Assembly (NCBI GenBank): GCA_040954595.2
Contig: CM082585.2
Span: 9,784,564 to 9,848,563, forward strand
Reading direction: 5' to 3'
DNA from: Balanoglossus misakiensis
Lineage: Eukaryota; Animalia; Hemichordata
DNA length: 64,000 bases
Notes under the pieces: generated by a model
Database searches by the model: none
Seen by the model: only the letters and a program-made list of their open reading frames with translations
Told to the model about the DNA's origin: nothing
Shown here: positions 24,401-36,390 of the stretch, one piece after another
How positions within the stretch are numbered: position 1 is the first letter of the stretch
Layout: every line of letters begins with the position of its first letter
Position numbers and translations under genes: made by a program

Positions 24401-27400
24401 CGATTTTGCGAATTTTCAAAATTTCTTCATTTTTTGAAAAAATCATGGGTTATAGCTCATGATTTTTATCAAAAAATGACAATTTTTCGACTTTGCGAAT
24501 TTTCAAAATTTCTTCATTTTTTGAAAAAAATCATGGGTTATAGCTCATGATTTTTATCAAAAAATGACAATTTTTCGACTTTGCGAATTTTCAAAATTTC
24601 TTCATTTTTTGAAAAAATCATGGGTTATAGCTCATGATTTTTATCAAAAAATCACAATTTTTCGACTTTGCGAATTTTCAAAATTTCTTCATTTTTTAAA
24701 AAAAATCATGGGTTATAGCTCATGATTTTTATCAAAAAATCACAATTTTTCGACTTTGCGAATTTTCAAAATTTCTTCATTTTTTGAAAAAATCATGGGT
24801 TATAGCTCATGATTTTTATCAAAAAATCACAATTTTTCGACTTTGCGAATTTTCAAAATTTCTTCATTTTTTGAAAAAATCATGGGTTATAGCTCATGAT
24901 TTTTATCAAAAAATGACAATTTTTCGACTTTGCGAATTTTCAAAATTTCTTCATTTTTTGAAAAAATCATGGGTTATAGCTCATGAAAATCATCAAAAAA
25001 TGACAATTTTTCGATTTTGCGAATTTTCAAAATTTCTTCATTTTTTGAAAAAAATCATGGGTTATAGCTCATGATTTTTATCAAAAAATGACAATTTTTC
25101 GACTTTGCGAATTTTCAAAATTTCTTCATTTTTTGAAAAAATCATGGGTTATAGCTCATGATTTTTATCAAAAAATCACAATTTTTCGACTTTGCGAATT
25201 TTCAAAATTTCTTCATTTTTTGAAAAAATCATGGGTTATAGCTCATGATTTTTATCAAAAAATCACAATTTTTCGACTTTGCGAATTTTCAAAATTTCTT
25301 CATTTTTTAAAAAAAATCATGGGTTATAGCTCATGATTTTTATCAAAAAATCACAATTTTTCGACTTTGCGAATTTTCAAAATTTCTTCATTTTTTGAAA
25401 AAATCATGGGTTATAGCTCATGATTTTTATCAAAAAATCACAATTTTTCGACTTTGCGAATTTTCAAAATTTCTTCATTTTTTGAAAAAATCATGGGTTA
25501 TAGCTCATGATTTTTATCAAAAAATCACAATTTTTCGACTTTGCGAATTTTCAAAATTTCTTCATTTTTTGAAAAAATCATGGGTTATAGCTCATGATTT
25601 TTATCAAAAAATCACAATTTTTCGACTTCGCGAATTTTCAAAATTTCTTCATTTTTTGAAAAAATCATGGGTTATAGCTCATGATTTTTATCAAAAAATC
25701 ACAATTTTTCGACTTTGCGAATTTTCAAAATTTCTTCATTTTTTGAAAAAATCATGGGTTATAGCTCATGATTTTTATCAAAAAATCACAATTTTTCGAC
25801 TTTGCGAATTTTCAAAATTTCTTCATTTTTTGAAAAAATCATGGGTTATAGCTCATGATTTTTATCAAAAAATCACAATTTTTCGACTTTGCGAATTTTC
25901 AAAATTTCTTCATTTTTTTAAAAAAATCATGGGTTATAGCTCATGATTTTTATCAAAAAATCACAATTTTTCGACTTTGCGAATTTTCAAAATTTCTTCA
26001 TTTTTTGAAAAAATCATGGGTTATAGCTCATGATTTTTAACAAAAAATCACAATTTTTCGACTTTGCGAATTTTCAAAATTTCTTCATTTTTTGAAAAAA
26101 TCATGGGTTATAGCTCATGATTTTTATCAAAAAATCACAATTTTTCGACTTTGCGAATTTTCAAAATTTCTTCATTTTTTGAAAAAATCATGGGTTATAG
26201 CTCATGATTTTTATCAAAAAATCACAATTTTTCGACTTTGCGAATTTTCAAAATTTCTTCATTTTTTGAAAAAATCATGGGTTATAGCTCATGATTTTTA
26301 TCAAAAAATCACAATTTTTCGACTTTGCGAATTTTCAAAATTTCTTCATTTTTTGAAAAAATCATGGGTTATAGCTCATGATTTTTATCAAAAAATCACA
26401 ATTTTTCGACTTTGCGAATTTTCAAAATTTCTTCATTTTTTGAAAAAATCATGGGTTATAGCTCATGATTTTTATCAAAAAATCACAATTTTTCGACTTT
26501 GCGAATTTTCAAAATTTCTTCATTTTTTGAAAAAATCATGGGTTATAGCTCATGATTTTTATCAAAAAATCACAATTTTTCGACTTTGCGAATTTTCAAA
26601 ATTTCTTCATTTTTTGAAAAAATCATGGGTTATAGCTCATGATTTTTATCAAAAAATCACAATTTTTCGACTTTGCGAATTTTCAAAATTTCTTCATTTT
26701 TTGAAAAAATCATGGGTTATAGCTCATGATTTTTATCAAAAAATCACAATTTTTCGACTTTGCGAATTTTCAAAATTTCTTCATTTTTTGAAAAAATCAT
26801 GGGTTATAGCTCATGATTTTTATCAAAAAATCACAATTTTTCGACTTTGCGAATTTTCAAAATTTCTTCATTTTTTTAAAAAAATCATGGGTTATAGCTC
26901 ATGATTTTTTTCAAAAAATCACAATTTTTTGACTTTGCGAATTTTCAAAATTTCTTCATTTTTTGAAAAAATCATGGGTTATAGCTCATGATTTTTATCA
27001 AAAAATCACAATTTTTCGACTTTGCGAATTTTCAAAATTTCTTCATTTTTTGAAAAAATCATGGGTTATAGCTCATGATTTTTATCAAAAAATCACAATT
27101 TTTCGACTTTGCGAATTTTCAAAATTTCTTCATTTTTTGAAAAAATCATGGGTTATAGCTCATGATTTTTATCAAAAAATCACAATTTTTCGACTTTGCG
27201 AATTTTCAAAATTTCTTCATTTTTTGAAAAAATCATGGGTTATAGCTCATGATTTTTATCAAAAAATCACAATTTTTCGACTTCGCGAATTTTCAAAATT
27301 TCTTCATTTTTTGAAAAAATCATGGGTTATAGCTCATGATTTTTATCAAAAAATGACAATTTTTCGACTTTGCGAATTTTCAAAATTTCTTCATTTTTTG

Positions 27401-30400
27401 AAAAAATCATGGGTTATAGCTCATGATTTTTATCAAAAAATCACAATTTTTCGACTTTGCGAATTTTCAAAATTTCTTCATTTTTTGAAAAAATCATGGG
27501 TTATAGCTCATGATTTTTATCAAAAAATCACAATTTTTCGACTTTGCGAATTTTCAAAATTTCTTCATTTTTTGAAAAAATCATGGGTTATAGCTCATGA
27601 TTTTTATCAAAAAATGACAATTTTTCGACTTTGCGAATTTTCAAAATTTCTTCATTTTTTGAAAAAATCATGGGTTATAGCTCATGATTTTTATCAAAAA
27701 ATCACAATTTTTCGACTTTGCGAATTTTCAAAATTTCTTCATTTTTTTAAAAAAATCATGGGTTATAGCTCATGATTTTTATCAAAAAATCACAATTTTT
27801 CGACTTTGCGAATTTTCAAAATTTCTTCATTTTTTGAAAAAATCATGGGTTATAGCTCATGATTTTTATCAAAAAATCACAATTTTTCGACTTTGCGAAT
27901 TTTCAAAATTTCTTCATTTTTTGAAAAAATCATGGGTTATAGCTCATGATTTTTATCAAAAAATCACAATTTTTCGACTTTGCGAATTTTCAAAATTTCT
28001 TCATTTTTTGAAAAAATCATGGGTTATAGCTTATGAAAATCATCAAAAAATCACAATTTTTCGACTTTGCGAATTTTCAAAATTTCTTCAATTTTTGAAA
28101 AAATCATGGGTTATAGCTCATGATTTTTATCAAAAAATCACAATTTTTCGACTTTGCGAATTTTCAAAATTTCTTCATTTTTTGAAAAAAATCATGGGTT
28201 ATAGCTCATGATTTTTATCAAAAAATGACAATTTTTCGACTTTGCGAATTTTCAAAATTTCTTCATTTTTTGAAAAAATCATGGGTTATAGCTCATGATT
28301 TTTATCAAAAAATCACAATTTTTCGACTTTGCGAATTTTCAAAATTTCTTCATTTTTTGAAAAAATCATGGGTTATAGCTCATGATTTTTATCAAAAAAT
28401 CACAATTTTTCGACTTTGCGAATTTTCAAAATTTCTTCATTTTTTGAAAAAATCATGGGTTATAGCTCATGATTTTTATCAAAAAATCACAATTTTTCGA
28501 CTTTGCGAATTTTCAAAATTTCTTCATTTTTTGAAAAAATCATGGGTTATAGCTCATGATTTTTATCAAAAAATCACAATTTTTCGACTTTGCGAATTTT
28601 CAAAATTTCTTCATTTTTTGAAAAAATCATGGGTTATAGCTCATGAAAATCATAAAAAAATGACAATTTTTCGACTTTGCGAATTTTCAAAATTTCTTCA
28701 ATTTTTGAAAAAATCATGGGTTATAGCTCATGATTTTTATCAAAAAATGACAATTTTTCGACTTTGCGAATTTTCAAAATTTCTTCATTTTTTGAAAAAA
28801 TCATGGGTTATAGCTCATGATTTTTATCAAAAAATGACAATTTTTCGACTTTGCGAATTTTCAAAATTTCTTCATTTTTTGAAAAAATCATGGGTTATAG
28901 CTCATGATTTTTATCAAAAAATGACAATTTTTCGACTTTGCGAATTTTCAAAATTTCTTCATTTTTTGAAAAAATCACGGGTTATAGCTCATGAAAATCA
29001 TCAAAAAATAACAATTTTTCGATTTTGCGAATTTTCAAAATTTCTTCATTTTTTGAAAAAATCATGGGTTATAGCTCATGATTTTTATCAAAAAATGACA
29101 ATTTTTCGACTTTGCGAATTTTCAAAATTTCTTCATTTTTTGAAAAAAATCATGGGTTATAGCTCATGATTTTTATCAAAAAATGACAATTTTTCGACTT
29201 TGCGAATTTTCAAAATTTCTTCATTTTTTGAAAAAAATCATGGGTTATAGCTCATGATTTTTATCAAAAAATCACAATTTTTCGACTTTGCGAATTTTCA
29301 AAATTTCTTCATTTTTTGAAAAAATCATGGGTTATAGCTCATGATTTTTATCAAAAAATGACAATTTTTCGACTTTGCGAATTTTCAAAATTTCTTCATT
29401 TTTTGAAAAAATCATGGGTTATAGCTTATGAAAATCATCAAAAAATGACAATTTTTCTACTTTGCGAATTTTCAAAATTTCTTCAATTTTTGAAAAAATC
29501 ATGGGTTATAGCTCATGATTTTTATCAAAAAATCACAATTTTTCGACTTTGCGAATTTTCAAAATTTCTTCATTTTTTGAAAAAATCATGGGTTATAGCT
29601 CATGATTTTTATCAAAAAATCACAATTTTTCGACTTTGCGAATTTTCAAAATTTCTTCATTTTTTGAAAAAATCATGGGTTATAGCTCATGATTTTTATC
29701 AAAAAATCACAATTTTTCGACTTTGCGAATTTTCAAAATTTCTTCATTTTTTGAAAAAATCATGGGTTATAGCTCATGATTTTTATCAAAAAATGACAAT
29801 TTTTCGACTTCGCGAATTTTCAAAATTTCTTCATTTTTTGAAAAAATCATGGGTTATAGCTCATGATTTTTATCAAAAAATGACAATTTTTCGACTTTGC
29901 GAATTTTCAAAATTTCTTCATTTTTTGAAAAAATCATGGGTTATAGCTCATGAAAATCATAAAAAAATGACAATTTTTCGACTTTGCGAATTTTCAAAAT
30001 TTCTTCAATTTTTGAAAAAATCATGGGTTATAGCTCATGATTTTTATCAAAAAATCACAATTTTTCGACTTTGCGAATTTTCAAAATTTCTTCATTTTTT
30101 GAAAAAATCATGGGTTATAGCTTATGAAAATCATCAAAAAATGACAATTTTTCGACTTTGCGAATTTTCAAAATTTCTTCAATTTTTGAAAAAATCATGG
30201 GTTATAGCTCATGATTTTTATCAAAAAATCACAATTTTTCGACTTTGCGAATTTTCAAAATTTCTTCATTTTTTGAAAAAATCATGGGTTATAGCTCATG
30301 ATTTTTATCAAAAAATGACAATTTTTCGACTTTGCGAATTTTCAAAATTTCTTCATTTTTTGAAAAAATCATGGGTTATAGCTCATGATTTTTATCAAAA

Positions 30401-33400
30401 AATCACAATTTTTCGACTTTGCGAATTTTCAAAATTTCTTCATTTTTTGAAAAAATCATGGGTTATAGCTCATGAAAATCATAAAAAAATGACAATTTTT
30501 CGACTTTGCGAATTTTCAAAATTTCTTCAATTTTTGAAAAAATCATGGGTTATAGCTCATGATTTTTATCAAAAAATGACAATTTTTCGACTTTGCGAAT
30601 TTTCAAAATTTCTTCATTTTTTGAAAAAATCATGGGTTATAGCTCATGATTTTTATAAAAAAATCACAATTTTTCGACTTTGCGAATTTTCAAAATTTCT
30701 TCATTTTTTGAAAAAATCATGGGTTATAGCTCATGAAAATCATAAAAAAATGACAATTTTTCGACTTTGCGAATTTTCAAAATTTCTTCAATTTTTGAAA
30801 AAATCATGGGTTATAGCTCATGATTTTTATCAAAAAATGACAATTTTTCGACTTTGCAAATTTTCAAAATTTCATCATTTTTTGAAAAAATCATGGGTTA
30901 TAGCTCATGATTTTTATCAAAAAATGACAATTTTTCGACTTTGCGAATTTTCAAAATTTCTTCAATTTTTGAAAAAATCATGGGTTATAGCTCATGATTT
31001 TTATCAAAAAATGACAATTTTTCGACTTTGCGAATTTTCAAAAATTTCTTCATTTTTTGAAAAAATCATGGGTTATAGCTCATGATTTTTATCAAAAAAT
31101 GACAATTTTTCGACTTTGCGAATTTTCAAAATTTCTTCATTTTTTGAAAAAATCATGGGTTATAGCTCATGATTTTTATCAAAAAATCACAATTTTTCGA
31201 CTTTGCGAATTTTCAAAATTTCTTCATTTTTTGAAAAAATCATGGGTTATATATAGCTCATGATTTTTATCAAAAAATGACAATTTTTCGACTTTGCGAA
31301 TTTTCAAAATTTCTTCATTTTTTGAAAAAATCATGGGTTATAGCTTATGAAAATCATCAAAAAATGACAATTTTTCTACTTTGCGAATTTTCAAAATTTC
31401 TTCAATTTTTGAAAAAATCATGGGTTATAGCTCATGATTTTTATCAAAAAATCACAATTTTTCGACTTTGCGAATTTTCAAAATTTCTTCATTTTTTGAA
31501 AAAATCATGGGTTATAGCTCATGATTTTTATCAAAAAATCACAATTTTTCGACTTTGCGAATTTTCAAAATTTCTTCATTTTTTGAAAAAATCATGGGTT
31601 ATAGCTCATGATTTTTATCAAAAAATCACAATTTTTCGACTTTGCGAATTTTCAAAATTTCTTCATTTTTTGAAAAAATCATGGGTTATAGCTCATGATT
31701 TTTATCAAAAAATGACAATTTTTCGACTTCGCGAATTTTCAAAATTTCTTCATTTTTTGAAAAAATCATGGGTTATAGCTCATGATTTTTATCAAAAAAT
31801 GACAATTTTTCGACTTTGCGAATTTTCAAAATTTCTTCATTTTTTGAAAAAATCATGGGTTATAGCTCATGAAAATCATAAAAAAATGACAATTTTTCGA
31901 CTTTGCGAATTTTCAAAATTTCTTCAATTTTTGAAAAAATCATGGGTTATAGCTCATGATTTTTATCAAAAAATCACAATTTTTCGACTTTGCGAATTTT
32001 CAAAATTTCTTCATTTTTTGAAAAAATCATGGGTTATAGCTTATGAAAATCATCAAAAAATGACAATTTTTCGACTTTGCGAATTTTCAAAATTTCTTCA
32101 ATTTTTGAAAAAATCATGGGTTATAGCTCATGATTTTTATCAAAAAATCACAATTTTTCGACTTTGCGAATTTTCAAAATTTCTTCATTTTTTGAAAAAA
32201 TCATGGGTTATAGCTCATGATTTTTATCAAAAAATGACAATTTTTCGACTTTGCGAATTTTCAAAATTTCTTCATTTTTTGAAAAAATCATGGGTTATAG
32301 CTCATGATTTTTATCAAAAAATCACAATTTTTCGACTTTGCGAATTTTCAAAATTTCTTCATTTTTTGAAAAAATCATGGGTTATAGCTCATGAAAATCA
32401 TAAAAAAATGACAATTTTTCGACTTTGCGAATTTTCAAAATTTCTTCAATTTTTGAAAAAATCATGGGTTATAGCTCATGATTTTTATCAAAAAATGACA
32501 ATTTTTCGACTTTGCGAATTTTCAAAATTTCTTCATTTTTTGAAAAAATCATGGGTTATAGCTCATGATTTTTATAAAAAAATCACAATTTTTCGACTTT
32601 GCGAATTTTCAAAATTTCTTCATTTTTTGAAAAAATCATGGGTTATAGCTCATGAAAATCATAAAAAAATGACAATTTTTCGACTTTGCGAATTTTCAAA
32701 ATTTCTTCAATTTTTGAAAAAATCATGGGTTATAGCTCATGATTTTTATCAAAAAATGACAATTTTTCGACTTTGCAAATTTTCAAAATTTCATCATTTT
32801 TTGAAAAAATCATGGGTTATAGCTCATGATTTTTATCAAAAAATGACAATTTTTCGACTTTGCGAATTTTCAAAATTTCTTCAATTTTTGAAAAAATCAT
32901 GGGTTATAGCTCATGATTTTTATCAAAAAATGACAATTTTTCGACTTTGCGAATTTTCAAAAATTTCTTCATTTTTTGAAAAAATCATGGGTTATAGCTC
33001 ATGATTTTTATCAAAAAATGACAATTTTTCGACTTTGCGAATTTTCAAAATTTCTTCATTTTTTGAAAAAATCATGGGTTATAGCTCATGATTTTTATCA
33101 AAAAATCACAATTTTTCGACTTTGCGAATTTTCAAAATTTCTTCATTTTTTGAAAAAATCATGGGTTATATATAGCTCATGATTTTTATCAAAAAATGAC
33201 AATTTTTCGACTTTGCGAATTTTCAAAATTTCTTCATTTTTTGAAAAAATCATGGGTTATATATAGCTCATGATTTTTATCAAAAAATGACAATTTTTCG
33301 ACTTTGCGAATTTTCAAAATTTCTTCATTTTTTGAAAAAATCATGGGTTATAGCTCATGATTTTTATCAAAAAATCACAATTTTTCGACTTTGCGAATTT

Positions 33401-33446
33401 TCAAAATTTCTTCATTTTTTGAAAAAATCATGGGTATATAGCTCAT
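12482..33446. repeat. 87-bp AT-rich tandem satellite, ~241 copies, ~21 kb
   Basis: Consensus ATSACAATTTTTCGACTTTGCGAATTTTCAAAATTTCTTCATTTTTTGAAAAAATCATGGGTTATAGCTCATGATTTTTATCAAAAA (21/87 G+C). Head-to-tail, highly homogeneous, no interruptions seen. Confidence 0.99.
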
Positions 33447-33452
33447 AAATAT

Positions 33453-33528
33453 CACGGTGGTTCTTACAGACATTTTTTGTCCCTTAGAACCATAGTGGTT
33501 CTTACGGACATTTTTTGACCCTAAGAAC
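33453..33528. repeat. Two-copy 38-bp palindromic tandem repeat at the satellite edge
   Basis: cacggtggttcttacagacattttttgtcccttagaac / catagtggttcttacggacattttttgaccctaagaac (33/38 identical). Confidence 0.9.
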
Positions 33529-34617
33529 GACAGATTTAAAAGCATGTCCACAATTATTTAAAGTTCGTTTTTTATCGAGTTGCAGCTCTTGAGGCTTTAA
33601 TTCAACAAAATCAGTACTCAAGAAATTTTCAATGGTAGTTTTAAAAGACAACATCAATACGAACATGAACGGTTCAACTCAATTTTTTTATTTTCATATT
33701 TGAGAATACATACATTTACAAGGAGCTTTTACAAAAAAGCAATTATATAGTATAAAAGTGGTAAACAAATAACATTAAATAAAGCTGGCAAATAAATAGA
33801 AATAAAACAACTTAACTTTGGAGAACAGCGAAGCGTTTCAGTGTCGGTTATTTTTTCTCTCTCCAATAACAGATGGTAGGCATGAAAGACCACTACGGTA
33901 ACCAAATGGTTGCTAGCAGAAAACAAATCACAGTGAAGTGCTGAAAATCAGATGTACATAAGCGCAACACCATCACGTCTTTGAACTTGCTAACACCGGT
34001 TGAGATATTACCCCCTTATAAGAACTCTCATACTCAAAACTTTCACTAGCAGCACAAGAGGTGTAACCACGAAGGTAACACTGTGCCAATACCTCCAACC
34101 TACAAAAACTAATAATAAACCTGGGTTCATGAACTACATTGCAGGGTGGAAGGATTCATAACTATAGAAAAGTAAAGCATCTTCACATTAACATGAATGC
34201 AGAAGTAAACGCATACTCTCACATTTTACCTTTGATAGTAAAATTTATATTCAGCAAATGAAGTACAGCGGTAACATACAAATTTGCATAAGTCATGACC
34301 TGTAATATCTTTGCATAAGTAGTGACCAGTACTAAATGGGCATAAGTATCAGCTTCTACTGAATACAGACTTTTCGGAGAATGCTCTAAAATTTAAATGA
34401 CATGAAGTCAAGTATTTTACGAGTTTTTTAAAGGAAGGAATATCTCAACCTCGGCAAGTCTCTCGTCTTTCTCTCAGTGAAAAACACAGCAGAACGTGCA
34501 AAAAATATGACAAACAATATCAGACAAACTCAAGCTGCACAATGATTTGCAACCTGTCTGATATCGGAATTATGCCAAGCATCAAAAATGCTCTTCCCAG
34601 CCATTTCTTTTCAATTT

Positions 34618-34687
34618 AAGATGGCTGCCAGTTGTTGTTGGCCAATTCAAGATGGCTGCCAGCTGTCATCGGCCAACGGCCATCTTG
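34618..34687. repeat. 31-bp tandem pair plus inverted copy of AAGATGGCTGCC (YY1-like) motif
   Basis: aagatggctgccag at 34618 and 34649; ggccatcttg at 34678. Confidence 0.7.
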
Positions 34688-36331
34688 CAACATGTTAGCA
34701 TAAAGTAGCTAGAGTTTTAAATTTTTCTTTCTGCAAGTTCAACGCCAAGTTTTTGTTTTGTTATTGGGCCTAATATAGATATATATACTACCTCTGTCCT
34801 ATCATTATGTATTTTCAGAAATTAAAATAAAACAAAAATGATCAAAAATACCATTTCAGTTCTATACAAATATTCCTATACACCTCTCTTAGAAACTAAA
34901 CTCATATGTACATATTTTAATCTCTCCATTTTTTACATTTTTTTCACATAATCTCATGTACTTACATGATCTGCGTTTATTTTACAACTCAGGATAACAA
35001 ACAATAATTAATTTGGGAAAAAAACTGTATTTGCAGCAAAGGGTATATAATCAACTCATGTCTATTGTTCTTCAGCATCTCTGTAAATCTCAAAAATCTG
35101 CTTCTACCATTTTACAACCTTGAAAGTCAATGATCAAGGCATACCTTATTTGGACAACTTTGAATATAATTTGCATTTCATTTCATTTCAAAAAGTCCAA
35201 TCAGATATTTCTAATGTTTCGATCTCACCAAATCACAGACGATTTCAGGCAGGCAGACTTTGGGTGGGTGGATACCGAAGAAACAAAGGACAGAATTGCA
35301 AAACGAAAAAATCAATAAACAGGAAGGCAGTGCGACTTGGAAAGTACAGTCTGTTTCTACTCAACTGATGAACCATACAATCTCTGTTTTGTAAGTTCTT
35401 GAAACTTTTCTCACTGATAGCTATCTGCAGAGTGTGTGGTCCAGAATCACATTTGGTACTGCAGTTTTCATGTGTACGGAAGGTTACAACTTCCGTGAAA
35501 TAACTTACAGACACTACAGTTAAACTCTACAGACTACAGTAACGGAATAAAAATCTACCTGATAATATAAAATCATATGCAGTCAATCCATGGGACCAGC
35601 CCTCAAAGTTTTAAAGACTGACAACTCCATTCCAACAATGGATCCCAAACCTGCTTCTTCCCGCAAAAAATAAGTAAAAAATCAGTACCTTAGAGGAGAA
35701 AAAAACTTGGATTAGCAAATCTATTTTTTCCCCAAACAAATTCGGCAGTTCACATTGCCCTGCACTAATTCCAATATCTTCATTTTTGAGTCACTTGTTT
35801 TAAGGTAGTACATGCCAGATTTTCAGAAAGATGACAAACCTTCCTATTCTTTGCAATATTCACAGCGTGGCAAGTCAAAGAAAACTGGGTGTTCACCATC
35901 TTGTTTCCATGAGATTTGCGGCCATTTTGAATTTTCAAATTTGAGACAATTTGACACAATTTTGCTCTGTCATTATCGAGGCACATTCTACCTTAAAACA
36001 ATCATTTCTAACGCTGGTAAAAGCTTAAACTTGCTGCTCATCAAGCTAAAAAAATTAAACAGTTATGGCAGAACAGTTTGTTTATTCCATTACCAGTAAT
36101 ATTTCAGCTGCATAAAAAAGATCATATATGACCTTCTGACCCAACATCATGTGACTGCCAAACAGCTTCTGATTGGCTAAACGTACAGGACCTCAAAACT
36201 TTCACTAGGCCAAGTTCAGAATATTTCATGTGCTTGCTTGGTCAAATGTCACCCTGATAGTTCAATGGACACTGTACCTACCCAGGACTTCCTTTAAAAA
36301 ATTTATAACACAAGAGCATATAACAGTTAGC

Positions 36332-36390
36332 ATATTTCCATATAAGGAAACACTTGTTCCAATATTACCATATAAGGAACACTTGTTACT
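36332..36390. repeat. ~30-bp two-copy tandem duplication
   Basis: atatttccatataaggaaacacttgttcca / atattaccatataaggaacacttgttac. Confidence 0.8.

Noticed and set aside
12542-33182. Long repetitive ORFs annotated as CDS
   Set aside because: They are a by-product of a unit length divisible by 3. They show frameshifts and stops, no synonymous bias, and no splice or promoter context.
12482-33446. CRISPR-like array (palindromic repeats)
   Set aside because: There are no unique spacers, the whole 87 bp repeats, the context is eukaryotic, and there are no cas genes.
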